Shown here: positions 25,860-35,164 of the stretch, piece after piece
How the letters are laid out: each line of letters opens with the position of its first letter
Position numbering within the stretch: the first letter of the stretch is position 1
Source: Candidatus Micrarchaeota archaeon
Lineage (GTDB): Archaea; Micrarchaeota; Micrarchaeia; Anstonellales; Bilamarchaeaceae
Assembly (NCBI GenBank): GCA_014727975.1
Contig: WJMK01000017.1
Span: 3,926 to 67,925, forward strand
Length of the DNA: 64,000 nt
Direction of reading: 5' to 3'
Notes under the pieces: generated by a model
What the model saw: only the letters and a program-made list of their open reading frames with translations
Told to the model about the DNA's origin: nothing
Database searches by the model: none
Made by a program: the position numbers and the translations under genes

Positions 25860-26492
25860 ATGGCGAAAAAAGCCACGCTTCCGGAATTTGAAATGCTTGG
25901 GAAATACAAGATAAAGCCTCTTCCATATGGGATTGCAAAAACCGAGGAAGATGCACTGGAGATTGCAAAAAAGATAGGCTACCCTGTTGCCCTGAAGATC
26001 GTCTCCCCGGAAATAACCCACAAAACAGATGTGGGCGGGGTAAAGGTAAGGATAAAGGATGAAAAAAGGCTGAAGCATGCATATGAAGACATAATGGAGG
26101 GGGCAAAAAAGCACAAAATAACCGGGGTGCTGGTGCAGAAGATGGCAAGGAGGGGGGTGGAGCTGATTATAGGAGGGAAAAAAGACCCACAGTTCGGGCA
26201 CTTAGTGATACTCGGGATGGGAGGAGTATATGTGGAAATTTTCAGGGATGTCACCGCAAGAATCTGCCCGATTAACAAACAGGATGTAAAGGACATGATT
26301 AATGAGCTGGAGTCCCACCCCCTAATAACAGGAATACGGGGAATGAAGCCGATAAAGCTTGGTGCCCTTTACTCATTAATGGTCAAAACATCAAAGATGA
26401 TTGTAAATGAAGACATGGAGGAGCTGGACCTTAACCCGGTAATATTTGATGAAAAAGGGTATGACATTGTTGACGTGAGGTATGCAAAATGA
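25860..26492 (+). CDS. acdB: acetyl-CoA synthetase (ADP-forming), beta subunit (ATP-grasp)
   Basis: ATP-grasp pattern: GYPVALKIVSPEITHKTDVGGVKV...ELIIGGKKDPQFGHLVILGMGG...ELDLNPV. The ATG at 25860 is preferred. Confidence 0.85.
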   Translation: MAKKATLPEFEMLGKYKIKPLPYGIAKTEEDALEIAKKIGYPVALKIVSPEITHKTDVGGVKVRIKDEKRLKHAYEDIMEGAKKHKITGVLVQKMARRGVELIIGGKKDPQFGHLVILGMGGVYVEIFRDVTARICPINKQDVKDMINELESHPLITGIRGMKPIKLGALYSLMVKTSKMIVNEDMEELDLNPVIFDEKGYDIVDVRYAK

Positions 26493-27874
26493 GGGAGGGC
26501 CTTTCCAATCTTAAATATGTATTCGCCCCCAAGTCAATTGCAGTTATCGGGGCATCTGAAAACCCCTCAAAGCTCGGAAATGTAATATTGAAAAACCTGG
26601 TGGATGGCGGATATGAAGGGAAGATATACCCTGTGAATCCAAAATACCAGGAATTGCTTGGGATGAGGTGCTATCCAGACATAAAAAAGCTGAGGGGAAA
26701 GGTGGACCTTGCAATTTTTGCAATACCTGCCCCGCTCATACCAAAAGTTGCAGATGATTGCGGGAAAAATGGGGTAAAGGGGTTGATTGTCCTTTCCGCA
26801 GGTTTCGGGGAGGTGGGAAACAACAAGCTTGAGGAAAAGTTAGGGGCAACTGTCCAAAGGCATGGTATGGCCATGGTGGGGCCAAACTGCCTTGGGGTGC
26901 TGAATCCGGAAAAACGGGTGGACAGTATATTCTTTCCCTTCTTCAAATTCGGCAGGCCAAATGTGGGGGACATATCGATTATAACCCAGAGCGGGGCAGT
27001 GGGAACATGCATAGCGGACCTTGCTTCATATTACCGGGTAGGCTTTTCCAAATTTATTTCATATGGGAACGGCACGACAATAAATGACGCGGACCTTGTC
27101 GAATACCTGGGCGCCGACCCCAAAACAAAGCAAATCCTGCTCTATCTGGAGGGGACAAAGGATGGAAAAGGGCTCCTTAAAGCGCTGGAAAAAGTGAATA
27201 GGAAAAAGCCTGTCATAGTGCTGAAAGCAGGGAAAAGCAAGTCTGCAGGAGAAGCGGCAATGTCCCATACAGGGAACCTTGCAGGGAACTACCTGGCATA
27301 CCAGGCTGCGTTCAGGGAAAGCAGGGCAATAGAAGTTGATTCGGTTATAGAGCTTTTCCAGGTTGCAAACATATTCAGCCAGGCAATGCCAAAAGGAAAA
27401 AAGGTTGCGGTGCTTACGGACGGTGGTGGGTTGGGGGTCCTGGCTGCAGATGCGCTTGAAAAAGAAGACTTAGAGGTAGCAAAATTCAGCAGGGAAACCA
27501 CAAGGAAGCTTAAGAAAGTCCTGCCTTCATATGTGAATGCAGTAAATCCATTGGACATTGTTGCGGACTCCGGGACAGAAACGTATGAGAAAGCACTGAA
27601 GATACTGATGGAGGACAGAGAAATAGATTCTGTGATTGTAATTATATTGTTCCAGGCTCCCGCCGTGGATTCAAGAATAATAGATGTGCTGGTAAAGGAA
27701 TCAGACAGGAAAGTGAAGCCGATAGTTGTTGTCGCTGTTGGGGGGGAGTATACAAAAAACAATATGAAAGTGCTTGACAGTTACGGCATACCTACGTATG
27801 GATATCCTGATGCTGCAGTAAAAAGCCTGAAGAGGTTCACTGACTACTCACTTTTTCTTAAGGACAAGAAATAG
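26489..27874 (+). CDS. acdA: acetyl-CoA synthetase (ADP-forming), alpha subunit (CoA-binding/ligase-CoA domains)
   Basis: SIAVIGASENPSKLGN, YPVNP, GPNCLGV, SQSGAVG and a phosphohistidine-type motif MSHTGNLAG. The start overlaps the acdB stop. Confidence 0.9.
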   Translation: MREGLSNLKYVFAPKSIAVIGASENPSKLGNVILKNLVDGGYEGKIYPVNPKYQELLGMRCYPDIKKLRGKVDLAIFAIPAPLIPKVADDCGKNGVKGLIVLSAGFGEVGNNKLEEKLGATVQRHGMAMVGPNCLGVLNPEKRVDSIFFPFFKFGRPNVGDISIITQSGAVGTCIADLASYYRVGFSKFISYGNGTTINDADLVEYLGADPKTKQILLYLEGTKDGKGLLKALEKVNRKKPVIVLKAGKSKSAGEAAMSHTGNLAGNYLAYQAAFRESRAIEVDSVIELFQVANIFSQAMPKGKKVAVLTDGGGLGVLAADALEKEDLEVAKFSRETTRKLKKVLPSYVNAVNPLDIVADSGTETYEKALKILMEDREIDSVIVIILFQAPAVDSRIIDVLVKESDRKVKPIVVVAVGGEYTKNNMKVLDSYGIPTYGYPDAAVKSLKRFTDYSLFLKDKK

Positions 27875-28498
27875 GTGGTCCTTCTCGTAAGGCTCCAGGT
27901 TTATCTCTTCAACGAGCTCAAGCTCTTTTGAGAGTTCCTCTTTTACCTGTGTGTAGGTTTCTTCAGGTTTTTTTGTAACATCTATGCTCTGGGACTTGAT
28001 TGCAATCATTGCATGCCCCCCTTTTTTCAGGAACATGCGGGAGTTCTTTAGCAGGATGTCTGCCTGCTCGGGTGAAGCCACATCCTCATAGATAATATCG
28101 ACTTCACCTACTTCATGGTAGCTCTGGGGCTGGCGGGCATCGGCAAGAATGGGTATGATGTTGTCCCTTTTTTCACAAAGCCGCAAAAGGGTTTTCATGG
28201 AATGTGCAGAGACCTCAACCGCGTATATCCCACCATCAACAAGGATGTCAGAAAGATGGGAGGGAGTAGTGCCTGTTGAGGCGCCAAGATAAAGGATTGC
28301 GGAATTATATTTTATTGGGTTATTTCTGAGGCCGTTCTTTATTGCTGCGCAGAGCTTGCTCCTGTTGGGGTTCCATGCACGATATTCCTTCCCCCCAATC
28401 TGCATTAGATTCTCTCCATAGACCTGTGATCCTGGAGCCCTGTTTGGGGTGAGGATGCGGCCCTGGTGCTCAAAAACATTTTCAAAAATCTCTTTCAT
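27848..28498 (-). CDS. flpA: fibrillarin (rRNA/tRNA 2'-O-methyltransferase)
   Basis: YRAWNPNRSKLCAAI, ILYLGASTGTTPSHLSDI and DIIYEDVA motifs. Confidence 0.95.
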   Translation of the reverse strand: MKEIFENVFEHQGRILTPNRAPGSQVYGENLMQIGGKEYRAWNPNRSKLCAAIKNGLRNNPIKYNSAILYLGASTGTTPSHLSDILVDGGIYAVEVSAHSMKTLLRLCEKRDNIIPILADARQPQSYHEVGEVDIIYEDVASPEQADILLKNSRMFLKKGGHAMIAIKSQSIDVTKKPEETYTQVKEELSKELELVEEINLEPYEKDHLFLVLKKK

Positions 28499-28523
28499 GT
28501 GCTAAATTAAGAAAAGAAGGAAA

Positions 28524-29555
28524 TTAAAGGTGAGGCTTTCTGAATGCCTTCATGGGAAATAATTCTTCTGCCTTTTCTTCAGAGAGGAAATCCAGGGCAG
28601 TGCTGCAGACAGGGCATTTAAACCCAAAGTCTGTGGCTGAAACAAATTCATGGATGCTTGAGCCCCCGCAATTTGGGCAAAAATAGTATTCTCCGTTGCT
28701 GAAATCAAAATTCTTGCGCTCCTCCTCAATCTTGGAGTTGACCCATCCCTGCATTCTGCCTACATTAAGGCACCAGAAATAGGAAAACCAACCTGTCTCT
28801 GAATCCTTGTGGCGGGTGTAATCAACTATGCCCAGGGAATGGAGCTTATTCAGGGTTGCCCGGACATCACTGATTTTTATTTTCATCTTTTTTGAGATGT
28901 CTTCGTCGCTTGAATTGTTGGAAAAGCCGCGGACAATCTCCAGTGCATGTTCGCCTCCTGCCTCAATGATAAGGTGGCGGGCATAAGCGTCTGAAAGTAG
29001 CCTTGATATCTCTGCCCTGTTGAGCTCCTTTTGCGGAGAATCCCTGGGTTTTTTCTTTTCTTTTATTTTTGGTTTGGGCTTCCTGGCCAGTTTTGGGGCA
29101 GATGGCTTTGTTTTCTTGGTTGCCTTCCTGGCAGGCCTTTTGCTTGCCGCTGGTTTTTTCCTGGGTGTTTTCTTTTTCACTGTTTTGTTTTTGGTTGTTT
29201 TTTTCTTGGGGGATTTTCTGCTGGATGAATTCTTTTTCACCTGTTTCTTTTTCACGGTTTTTTTGCTTGTGGTTTTTTTAGCGGTTTTTCTTGTGGGTTT
29301 TTTCTTGGCTGGCTTCTTTTTCACGGTTTTTTTCTTGCAGGGTTTTCTGGACTTTTTGGTTTTCATGCTCTTCACTCTCTTCTTTGTCGTTTTCTTTGCC
29401 CTTTTTGCAACCGCTTTTCTTACTGCATTGCGCGCAGTGGATTTCTTGAGTTTTTTTGAGGCCTTTTTAGGTGCAGTTTTCTTTTTTGGGGATTTGTTTG
29501 CGGGGCGTTTTCTGGTCTTTTTTTGTGATTTTTTCTTCATTTGCTTCTTCGGCAT
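28524..29555 (-). CDS. tfe: transcription factor E (TFE alpha) with a Lys-rich N-terminal extension of about 170 aa
   Basis: The C-terminal ~170 aa comprise a winged helix (ISKKMKIKISDVRATLNKLHSLGIVDY...ETGWFSYFW) plus a Zn ribbon (CPNCG...CPVC). The N-terminal half is KKxxKK low complexity. Confidence 0.8.
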   Translation of the reverse strand: MPKKQMKKKSQKKTRKRPANKSPKKKTAPKKASKKLKKSTARNAVRKAVAKRAKKTTKKRVKSMKTKKSRKPCKKKTVKKKPAKKKPTRKTAKKTTSKKTVKKKQVKKNSSSRKSPKKKTTKNKTVKKKTPRKKPAASKRPARKATKKTKPSAPKLARKPKPKIKEKKKPRDSPQKELNRAEISRLLSDAYARHLIIEAGGEHALEIVRGFSNNSSDEDISKKMKIKISDVRATLNKLHSLGIVDYTRHKDSETGWFSYFWCLNVGRMQGWVNSKIEEERKNFDFSNGEYYFCPNCGGSSIHEFVSATDFGFKCPVCSTALDFLSEEKAEELFPMKAFRKPHL

Positions 29556-29716
29556 CAGGAACCACCATGAGGCAAGTGTATTTAGGGGCGCCCCACATAT
29601 TTAAATCTTTTTGAGGGCGGAAGGGGCAAAGGGTTTTATTTAGATATGGTGGGGCACCGGAAACCTGGCCTGAAAGATATTTTAAGCTGGAAAACCAAAT
29701 AATTACGGGAAAGACG

Positions 29717-30901
29717 ATGAAGCCGGACAACTACTGCGTAATATGCAAAGGCACCAAAAATATGTGTGGCCTGGGCTATTGCCCAATACTGAAAAAAATA
29801 AACCGGCAGTGCAAAATAAGCAAGGAGGTAAAGCAGGATGTTTTCGGGGCAACAAATGAAGCATTTGTGGGATCAGGCAACTATCCTGATGTTTCCTGGG
29901 GCCCGGTGCTCTCGCTTGAGGCACATAAAGACATGAGGGGGATATATGAAGAAGGATACGAAAAGGTCATTGAGTACCGGGCAGCTATGGTGAAGGGAAG
30001 AAGGTTTGGCGGGATACGCCCAAGCAGAAGAAGCGCTAGGGAAACGCAGGAAGCTGCGCTTTCAGTAAAGCCGGTAGACCTTGAAATAAACTTCTCAAGG
30101 AAGCCAAAGTATGATATGAGATTTTCTTCTGTTGTGCAGCCAACCGGGGCTTCGGCACCCATGCGCAGGGTAAGGGTATGCGACAACCCAAGGATACCAA
30201 AAAAAGTTGATTCGCTTATTGATGAAGGAAGAAAAGCAAGGGAGACTGCAGTGGAGCTTTATGAGCGGGGGCTTGGGAATTACTATATTACCAATGTGCT
30301 TTCAGTAGGGAAGCTTGGTGCGCTTGAGAACAGGATTATGGTTCCGACACGCTGGAGCATAACCGCAACTGATGATATGCTGGGGAAGCACCTTATGGAA
30401 AGGGTGCGGGAATACCCCAAATTAAACAAAGTCTGGCTATTCAGCCATGAATCTTTTTCGAATCACTACGAGATACTGGTTATTCCGGGCGCATGGGAAT
30501 TCGAGAATTTTGAGGCATGGTGCCCGAACACAGTCTGGAACATTGGGGGAAGCGTTGCCCGTGTAAGCGAAGAGTACGAGCCGTTCGGAGGGAGGAGCAA
30601 ATATGCGGCCACACAGGCAGGTGCATATTATGCAGTGAGGCTTGCGGTGCTGGAGTTCCTCGAGCGGATACGGCGGCAGGGGAGGGTTGTTGCAATACGG
30701 GAGGTTTATGAAGGGTACCAGGTCCCGGTTGGGGTTTTCCAGGTGAGGGAGAACGCAAGGGATGCAATGGAAAACCCAAAAATGTACTCAGGCGTAAAAG
30801 AGGCACTTGGGATAGCAGGGGAAAGGCTTAGGTTGCCTGTTTCTGAATACACAAAGCAGAGCAGGGTTATTGGGCAGAGAAACCTGCTTGAGTTTTTGTA
30901 A
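29717..30901 (+). CDS. nreA: NreA-family DNA repair protein with C-terminal PIP box
   Basis: N-terminal CVICKGTKNMCGLGYCP motif typical of the Nre N-domain. The C-terminus QRNLLEFL fits the PIP consensus Qxx[LIM]xx[FY][FYLM]. Confidence 0.75.
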   Translation: MKPDNYCVICKGTKNMCGLGYCPILKKINRQCKISKEVKQDVFGATNEAFVGSGNYPDVSWGPVLSLEAHKDMRGIYEEGYEKVIEYRAAMVKGRRFGGIRPSRRSARETQEAALSVKPVDLEINFSRKPKYDMRFSSVVQPTGASAPMRRVRVCDNPRIPKKVDSLIDEGRKARETAVELYERGLGNYYITNVLSVGKLGALENRIMVPTRWSITATDDMLGKHLMERVREYPKLNKVWLFSHESFSNHYEILVIPGAWEFENFEAWCPNTVWNIGGSVARVSEEYEPFGGRSKYAATQAGAYYAVRLAVLEFLERIRRQGRVVAIREVYEGYQVPVGVFQVRENARDAMENPKMYSGVKEALGIAGERLRLPVSEYTKQSRVIGQRNLLEFL

Positions 30902-30912
30902 CCATGGTTACA
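30897..30912. promoter_or_regulatory. perfect 16-bp palindrome TGTAACCATGGTTACA (copy 2 of 4)
   Basis: Overlaps the nreA stop codon. Lies about 40 bp upstream of the TATA-like ATTATAAATTT (30938-30950) that precedes purL. Confidence 0.9.
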
Positions 30913-30983
30913 TTGAACCCGCGCGTGCCCGCACGCAATATTATAAATTTAGGCGCAGAGTAACCGCAATATTGGTGGGATTG

Positions 30984-33899
30984 ATGCGAAGAATTGAAGT
31001 CAAGCCAAAGGGCAGCCTGCGTGAGCCTGCCAGCTATCCCCTTAAAAAAGAAATAGAAGGCCTCTTCAAAGTCGAAGTTGCAGATCTGATGATAACAAAG
31101 GCGTACACCATCGATGCTGATTTAAGCGATGAAGAAATGGAAAGGCTAGGCAAGGAGCTTTTTGCAGACCGAATTGCAGAAGAATACAGTTTTTCAGGGC
31201 CCTGCTACCCGGGCGCTTGGAGAATAGAAGTGGGGCTCCTTCCGGGCATGACCGACAATGTGGGCAAAACAGCGAAGAAAGCAGTTGCAGATATCCTGGG
31301 AAAGGACCAGGACGTATACTATTCCCGGGTTTACTACATAGATGCAGAGCTTGAGGATGAAGAAGCGCTTGATGAGCTGGCGGGGAAGCTGCTTGCAAAC
31401 AGGGTAATCGAACGCTGGAGGGTCTATCCCCCGAAAGACAGCACATTTGAGCCGTTCCCTGCAAAAGTAGAGCTTGGCCATTCTCCAGAAGTGGAAGAGA
31501 TAAACCTGGACATTGGGGATGATGCATTGGCCAAGATGAGCAAGGAAAGGCTTCTCGCCCTGTCCCTGGAAGAGATGAAAGGGATAAAGGAATACTACAA
31601 ACAGGGCACTGTGCAGGAGCAGCGGGAAAAGGTGGGGCTGGGCAGCCGCGCAACAGATGTGGAGCTTGAGGCCCTTGCTCAATCATGGAGCGAACACTGC
31701 AAGCACAAAATATTCAATGCAACAATTGAATATTCAGAGAACGGGGAGCTGGTGGAGGAAATAAATTCGATTTTCAAGACATACATACGCGGTGCAACAG
31801 AGAAGGCGATGAAGCCTTATGTAATTTCAGTTTTCAAGGACAATGGAGGGATAATAAAATTCAACCTGGACCACGATGTTGCAGTAAAGGTTGAGACCCA
31901 TAATGCTCCCTCAGCGCTTGACCCATATGGGGGGGCAATAACCGGAATCCTTGGAGTAAACCGCGATGTACTGGGCACAGGAATGGGCGCAAAGCCCGTG
32001 GCAAACATGGACATGCTCTGCTTTGGGCACCTGGATGAGAAAGACGTGCCTGAGGGGGTGATGCACCCAAAAAGAATTGCAGAGGGAGTAATCAAGGGGA
32101 TAAAGGACGGGGGGAACCCGGTGGGCATCCCCACTGTGAACGGGTCCATTGTTTTTGAAAAGTGCTATACTGCAAGGCCGCTTGTGTATGCAGGCACTGT
32201 GGGCATAATGCCCAACAAGGTAGAGGACCGGCCCACTGCAGAAAAAAAGATTGAGCCAGGATACCTGGCAGTGATGGTGGGGGGAAAGATAGGCAAAGAT
32301 GGCATACACGGTGCAACCTTCTCTTCCCAGGAGCTTACAACAGGCATAAGCTCAAGCGTTGTGCAGATTGGGGATGCTATAACCCAGAAGAAGGTAATCG
32401 ACTTTGTACTGGAAGCGCGCGACAAGATGCTTTTCGAAGCGATAACAGACAACGGTGCCGGAGGCCTTTCATCAAGCATAGGGGAGCTTGCGCAGCTCTC
32501 GGGCGGATGTGAGATATACCTTGACAGGTGCCCCCTGAAATACCCTGGCCTGGACCCCTGGGAAATCCTGCTTTCTGAGTCGCAGGAAAGGATGACCCTT
32601 GCAGTGCCTAAGGAAAGGTGGGGAGAGCTGGAAGGCCTTGCAAAAAAGCATGATGTTGAGGCCACTGTTGTTGGCACATTCACTGGCAGCGGCTATTTCC
32701 ATATTCTTTACAATGAGGAAACAGTAGGTTACCTGATGATGGAGTTCCTGCATGAGGGAATGGGGAAAATGAAGCTCAGGGCAAACTGGGAGAAGAAGAT
32801 TTATCCTGACCCAAACATAACAGACACCGACCCTAATGATTCCCTTATGAAACTGCTTGCCCAGCCAAATATTGCATCAAAAGAATGGGTCATCCGCCAG
32901 TATGACCATGAGGTGCAGGGGGGCAGTGTTGTGAAGCCAATAATGTGCAACAACAGCACTTCAGATGCGGCTGTGATCAGGCCTATACTTGACTGGGAAG
33001 AGGGCCTGGTGGTTAGCCACGGCATCTGCCCAAGGCAGGTCGAGGATTCTTACCACATGGCACAGCTAGCAGTGGATGAGGCAGTCAGGAACGCAATTGC
33101 AACAGGGGCAATGTTCGGCTACCTTGCATGCCTTGATAATTTCTCCTGGCCCGACCCAATCAAATCTGAGAAAACACCCGATGGGGAATATAAGCTTGCG
33201 CAGCTCGTCAGATGCGTGAAGGGGCTGCATGATGCTGCGGTGGCATATGGCTGCCCATTGATTTCAGGCAAAGACAGCATGAAAAATGAATATACTGTAG
33301 ACGGGCAGAAGTATGCAGTAAATCCCACTCTCCTGGTCACAGTAGTTGGGAAGATACAGGATGTGGAGGAGGCAGTCACAGTGAATTTCAAAGAGCCAGG
33401 GGACCTAGTCTATGTGCTTGGGAAAACAAAGGGGGCAATGGGAGGAAGCGAATACTTTAAGCTCTACGGAGGCATTGGAAACGGGATGCCGACTGTTGAC
33501 CTGCAGGCAAATATCGGCCTGTATTCTGCACTTTCAAAAGCAGCTGCTGCAGGACTTGTCAGCTCAGCGCACGATATCTCAGATGGGGGGCTGGCGGTCG
33601 CATTCGCAGAATGCACAATGGCCGGGCTGAGGGGGGCGGACCTTGACCTTGGATTATGCGAAGCTGAAACAGACGACCCGTATTGCCTCCTGTTTTCAGA
33701 AGACCCTGGCAGGTTCATTGTAACAGTAAGGGCTGAAAATGAGAAAAAATTCGAAAAAATAATGGCAGGGACCCCCTTCAGGAAGGCAGGCAGGGTGAGA
33801 GGCGACAGGAGGATGGTGATACGGCAGGGGGAGAAGGTCCTTGTGAATCAGGACGCATCAGATGTGAAGGCCGCGTGGAGAGGAGGGTTGAAATGGTAG
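30984..33899 (+). CDS. purL: FGAM synthase PurL with two N-terminal PurS-like domains (PurS-PurS-PurL fusion)
   Basis: PurL core motifs: WSEHCKHKIF, ETHNAPSALDPYGGA, AIRS-type domains. The N-terminal residues 1-70 and 78-148 each resemble PurS (…LGKELFADRIAEEY / …LAGKLLANRVIERW). The ATG at 30984 is preferred. Confidence 0.9.
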   Translation: MRRIEVKPKGSLREPASYPLKKEIEGLFKVEVADLMITKAYTIDADLSDEEMERLGKELFADRIAEEYSFSGPCYPGAWRIEVGLLPGMTDNVGKTAKKAVADILGKDQDVYYSRVYYIDAELEDEEALDELAGKLLANRVIERWRVYPPKDSTFEPFPAKVELGHSPEVEEINLDIGDDALAKMSKERLLALSLEEMKGIKEYYKQGTVQEQREKVGLGSRATDVELEALAQSWSEHCKHKIFNATIEYSENGELVEEINSIFKTYIRGATEKAMKPYVISVFKDNGGIIKFNLDHDVAVKVETHNAPSALDPYGGAITGILGVNRDVLGTGMGAKPVANMDMLCFGHLDEKDVPEGVMHPKRIAEGVIKGIKDGGNPVGIPTVNGSIVFEKCYTARPLVYAGTVGIMPNKVEDRPTAEKKIEPGYLAVMVGGKIGKDGIHGATFSSQELTTGISSSVVQIGDAITQKKVIDFVLEARDKMLFEAITDNGAGGLSSSIGELAQLSGGCEIYLDRCPLKYPGLDPWEILLSESQERMTLAVPKERWGELEGLAKKHDVEATVVGTFTGSGYFHILYNEETVGYLMMEFLHEGMGKMKLRANWEKKIYPDPNITDTDPNDSLMKLLAQPNIASKEWVIRQYDHEVQGGSVVKPIMCNNSTSDAAVIRPILDWEEGLVVSHGICPRQVEDSYHMAQLAVDEAVRNAIATGAMFGYLACLDNFSWPDPIKSEKTPDGEYKLAQLVRCVKGLHDAAVAYGCPLISGKDSMKNEYTVDGQKYAVNPTLLVTVVGKIQDVEEAVTVNFKEPGDLVYVLGKTKGAMGGSEYFKLYGGIGNGMPTVDLQANIGLYSALSKAAAAGLVSSAHDISDGGLAVAFAECTMAGLRGADLDLGLCEAETDDPYCLLFSEDPGRFIVTVRAENEKKFEKIMAGTPFRKAGRVRGDRRMVIRQGEKVLVNQDASDVKAAWRGGLKW

Positions 33900-34672
33900 G
33901 AAAAACAAATGCCCTTGTGCTCAATGGATATGGAATAAACTGCCCTGTTGAAACAGCATATGCAATAAAGGCGGTGGGCGGGAATGCTGAGATAAAGCAT
34001 GTCAGCGAGATCCTGGAAAGCCCTTTGCTGCTCGAAAACTACAATTTCCTTGTAATACCAGGGGGTTTTTCTTTTGGTGACGACATAGGCTCTGGCAAGG
34101 TGCTCTCCAACAAACTCAGGTATAAAACAGGTGGGAAGCTGCTTGATTTCATAAGCCAGGGAAAGCTCCTGATGGGTATCTGCAATGGGTTCCAGGTCCT
34201 GGTAAAGATGGGGCTGCTCCCAGAGCCTGATTTTGAGCAGAGGGTTACGATAACATATAACCAATCGGGAAAATTCGAAGACAGGTGGGTAAATCTGCTC
34301 GTAAACCAGAAGTCTCCCTGCATATTTACAAGGGAGCTGGCAGAAATAGACATGCCTGTTCGGCATGGAGAGGGAAGATTCATACCTGCGACAAAGGAAG
34401 TGCTTGATGAAATTACTAAAAGCGACCTGCATGTTATCCAGTACATAGATGACAAGGGCGGCCTTGGAAAATACCCCTGGAACCCCAATGGATCGGTCCT
34501 GAACATTGCGGGAATCTGCGACAAAAGCGGACAGGTCTTTGGAATGATGCCCCACCCGGAAGCCTACAACCACCGCACAAACCACCCCTGCTGGGCAGGG
34601 GGGACAGGGTCGACAGGAAGGGGGCTCTCCCTGTTCAGGAACGCGGTTTCATATATTGAGCAGGAATGGTGA
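33893..34672 (+). CDS. purQ: FGAM synthase glutaminase subunit PurQ
   Basis: Class I amidotransferase: GGFSFGD, GICNGFQVL, MMPHPE. The ATG overlaps the purL stop. Confidence 0.9.
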   Translation: MVGKTNALVLNGYGINCPVETAYAIKAVGGNAEIKHVSEILESPLLLENYNFLVIPGGFSFGDDIGSGKVLSNKLRYKTGGKLLDFISQGKLLMGICNGFQVLVKMGLLPEPDFEQRVTITYNQSGKFEDRWVNLLVNQKSPCIFTRELAEIDMPVRHGEGRFIPATKEVLDEITKSDLHVIQYIDDKGGLGKYPWNPNGSVLNIAGICDKSGQVFGMMPHPEAYNHRTNHPCWAGGTGSTGRGLSLFRNAVSYIEQEW

Positions 34673-34678
34673 GGGCGG

Positions 34679-35164
34679 ATGCCAAAGAGAAAATTGCAGG
34701 TGGTGAAAACAAAGGGGGAAAATTCCCTGAGGCACGTATGGAAGCACCGGGACCCCTTCAGGGTGGTTTTCAATTTCATAATAATTTACTTGGCAAAATA
34801 CGTTCCAAGCATGAGGATGAAAAATGGCCTCTTGCAGCTTACCGGGATGAAGATAGGCAAAAGCGCCTCCATAGGCCTTGCTGCAATGTTTGACATCTTC
34901 TATCCTGAATTGATAGAAATAGGGGAAAACAGCATAATAGGATACAATGCCACAATACTTGCGCACGAGTTCCTGGTAAATGAATTCCGCACAGGGAGGG
35001 TAAGGATAGGGAAGGATGCAATGGTAGGGGCAAATGCAACTGTGCTTGCAGGAGTGGATATAGGGAACCGTGCAACAGTTTCTGCAGCGACCCTGGTGGA
35101 TGGCGATGTCCCTGAAAATGGGTTTGCAAAGGGGAACCCAATGAAAACAGGTGGGAATTCTTGA
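34679..35164 (+). CDS. hexapeptide-repeat (left-handed beta-helix) acyl/acetyltransferase
   Basis: Repeating [LIV]G-x4 hexapeptides (IGENSIIGYNATILAH...IGKDAMVGANATVLAGVDIGNRATVSAATLV) after an N-terminal hydrophobic helix. Confidence 0.75.
   Translation: MPKRKLQVVKTKGENSLRHVWKHRDPFRVVFNFIIIYLAKYVPSMRMKNGLLQLTGMKIGKSASIGLAAMFDIFYPELIEIGENSIIGYNATILAHEFLVNEFRTGRVRIGKDAMVGANATVLAGVDIGNRATVSAATLVDGDVPENGFAKGNPMKTGGNS

Noticed and set aside
29020-29604. 194-aa plus-strand ORF (poly-Phe/Leu) opposite the TFE Lys-rich extension
   Set aside because: It is the antisense of an AAA/AAG-rich coding region. It is not a real membrane protein.
30870-30983. Track start of the purL ORF at 30870
   Set aside because: It would overlap the nreA 3' end, the palindrome and the TATA-like box. 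ATG 30984, preceded by a GGTGG Shine-Dalgarno-like element, is preferred.
33848-34585. 245-aa minus-strand ORF opposite purQ
   Set aside because: It is antisense to purQ, which has clear glutaminase motifs.
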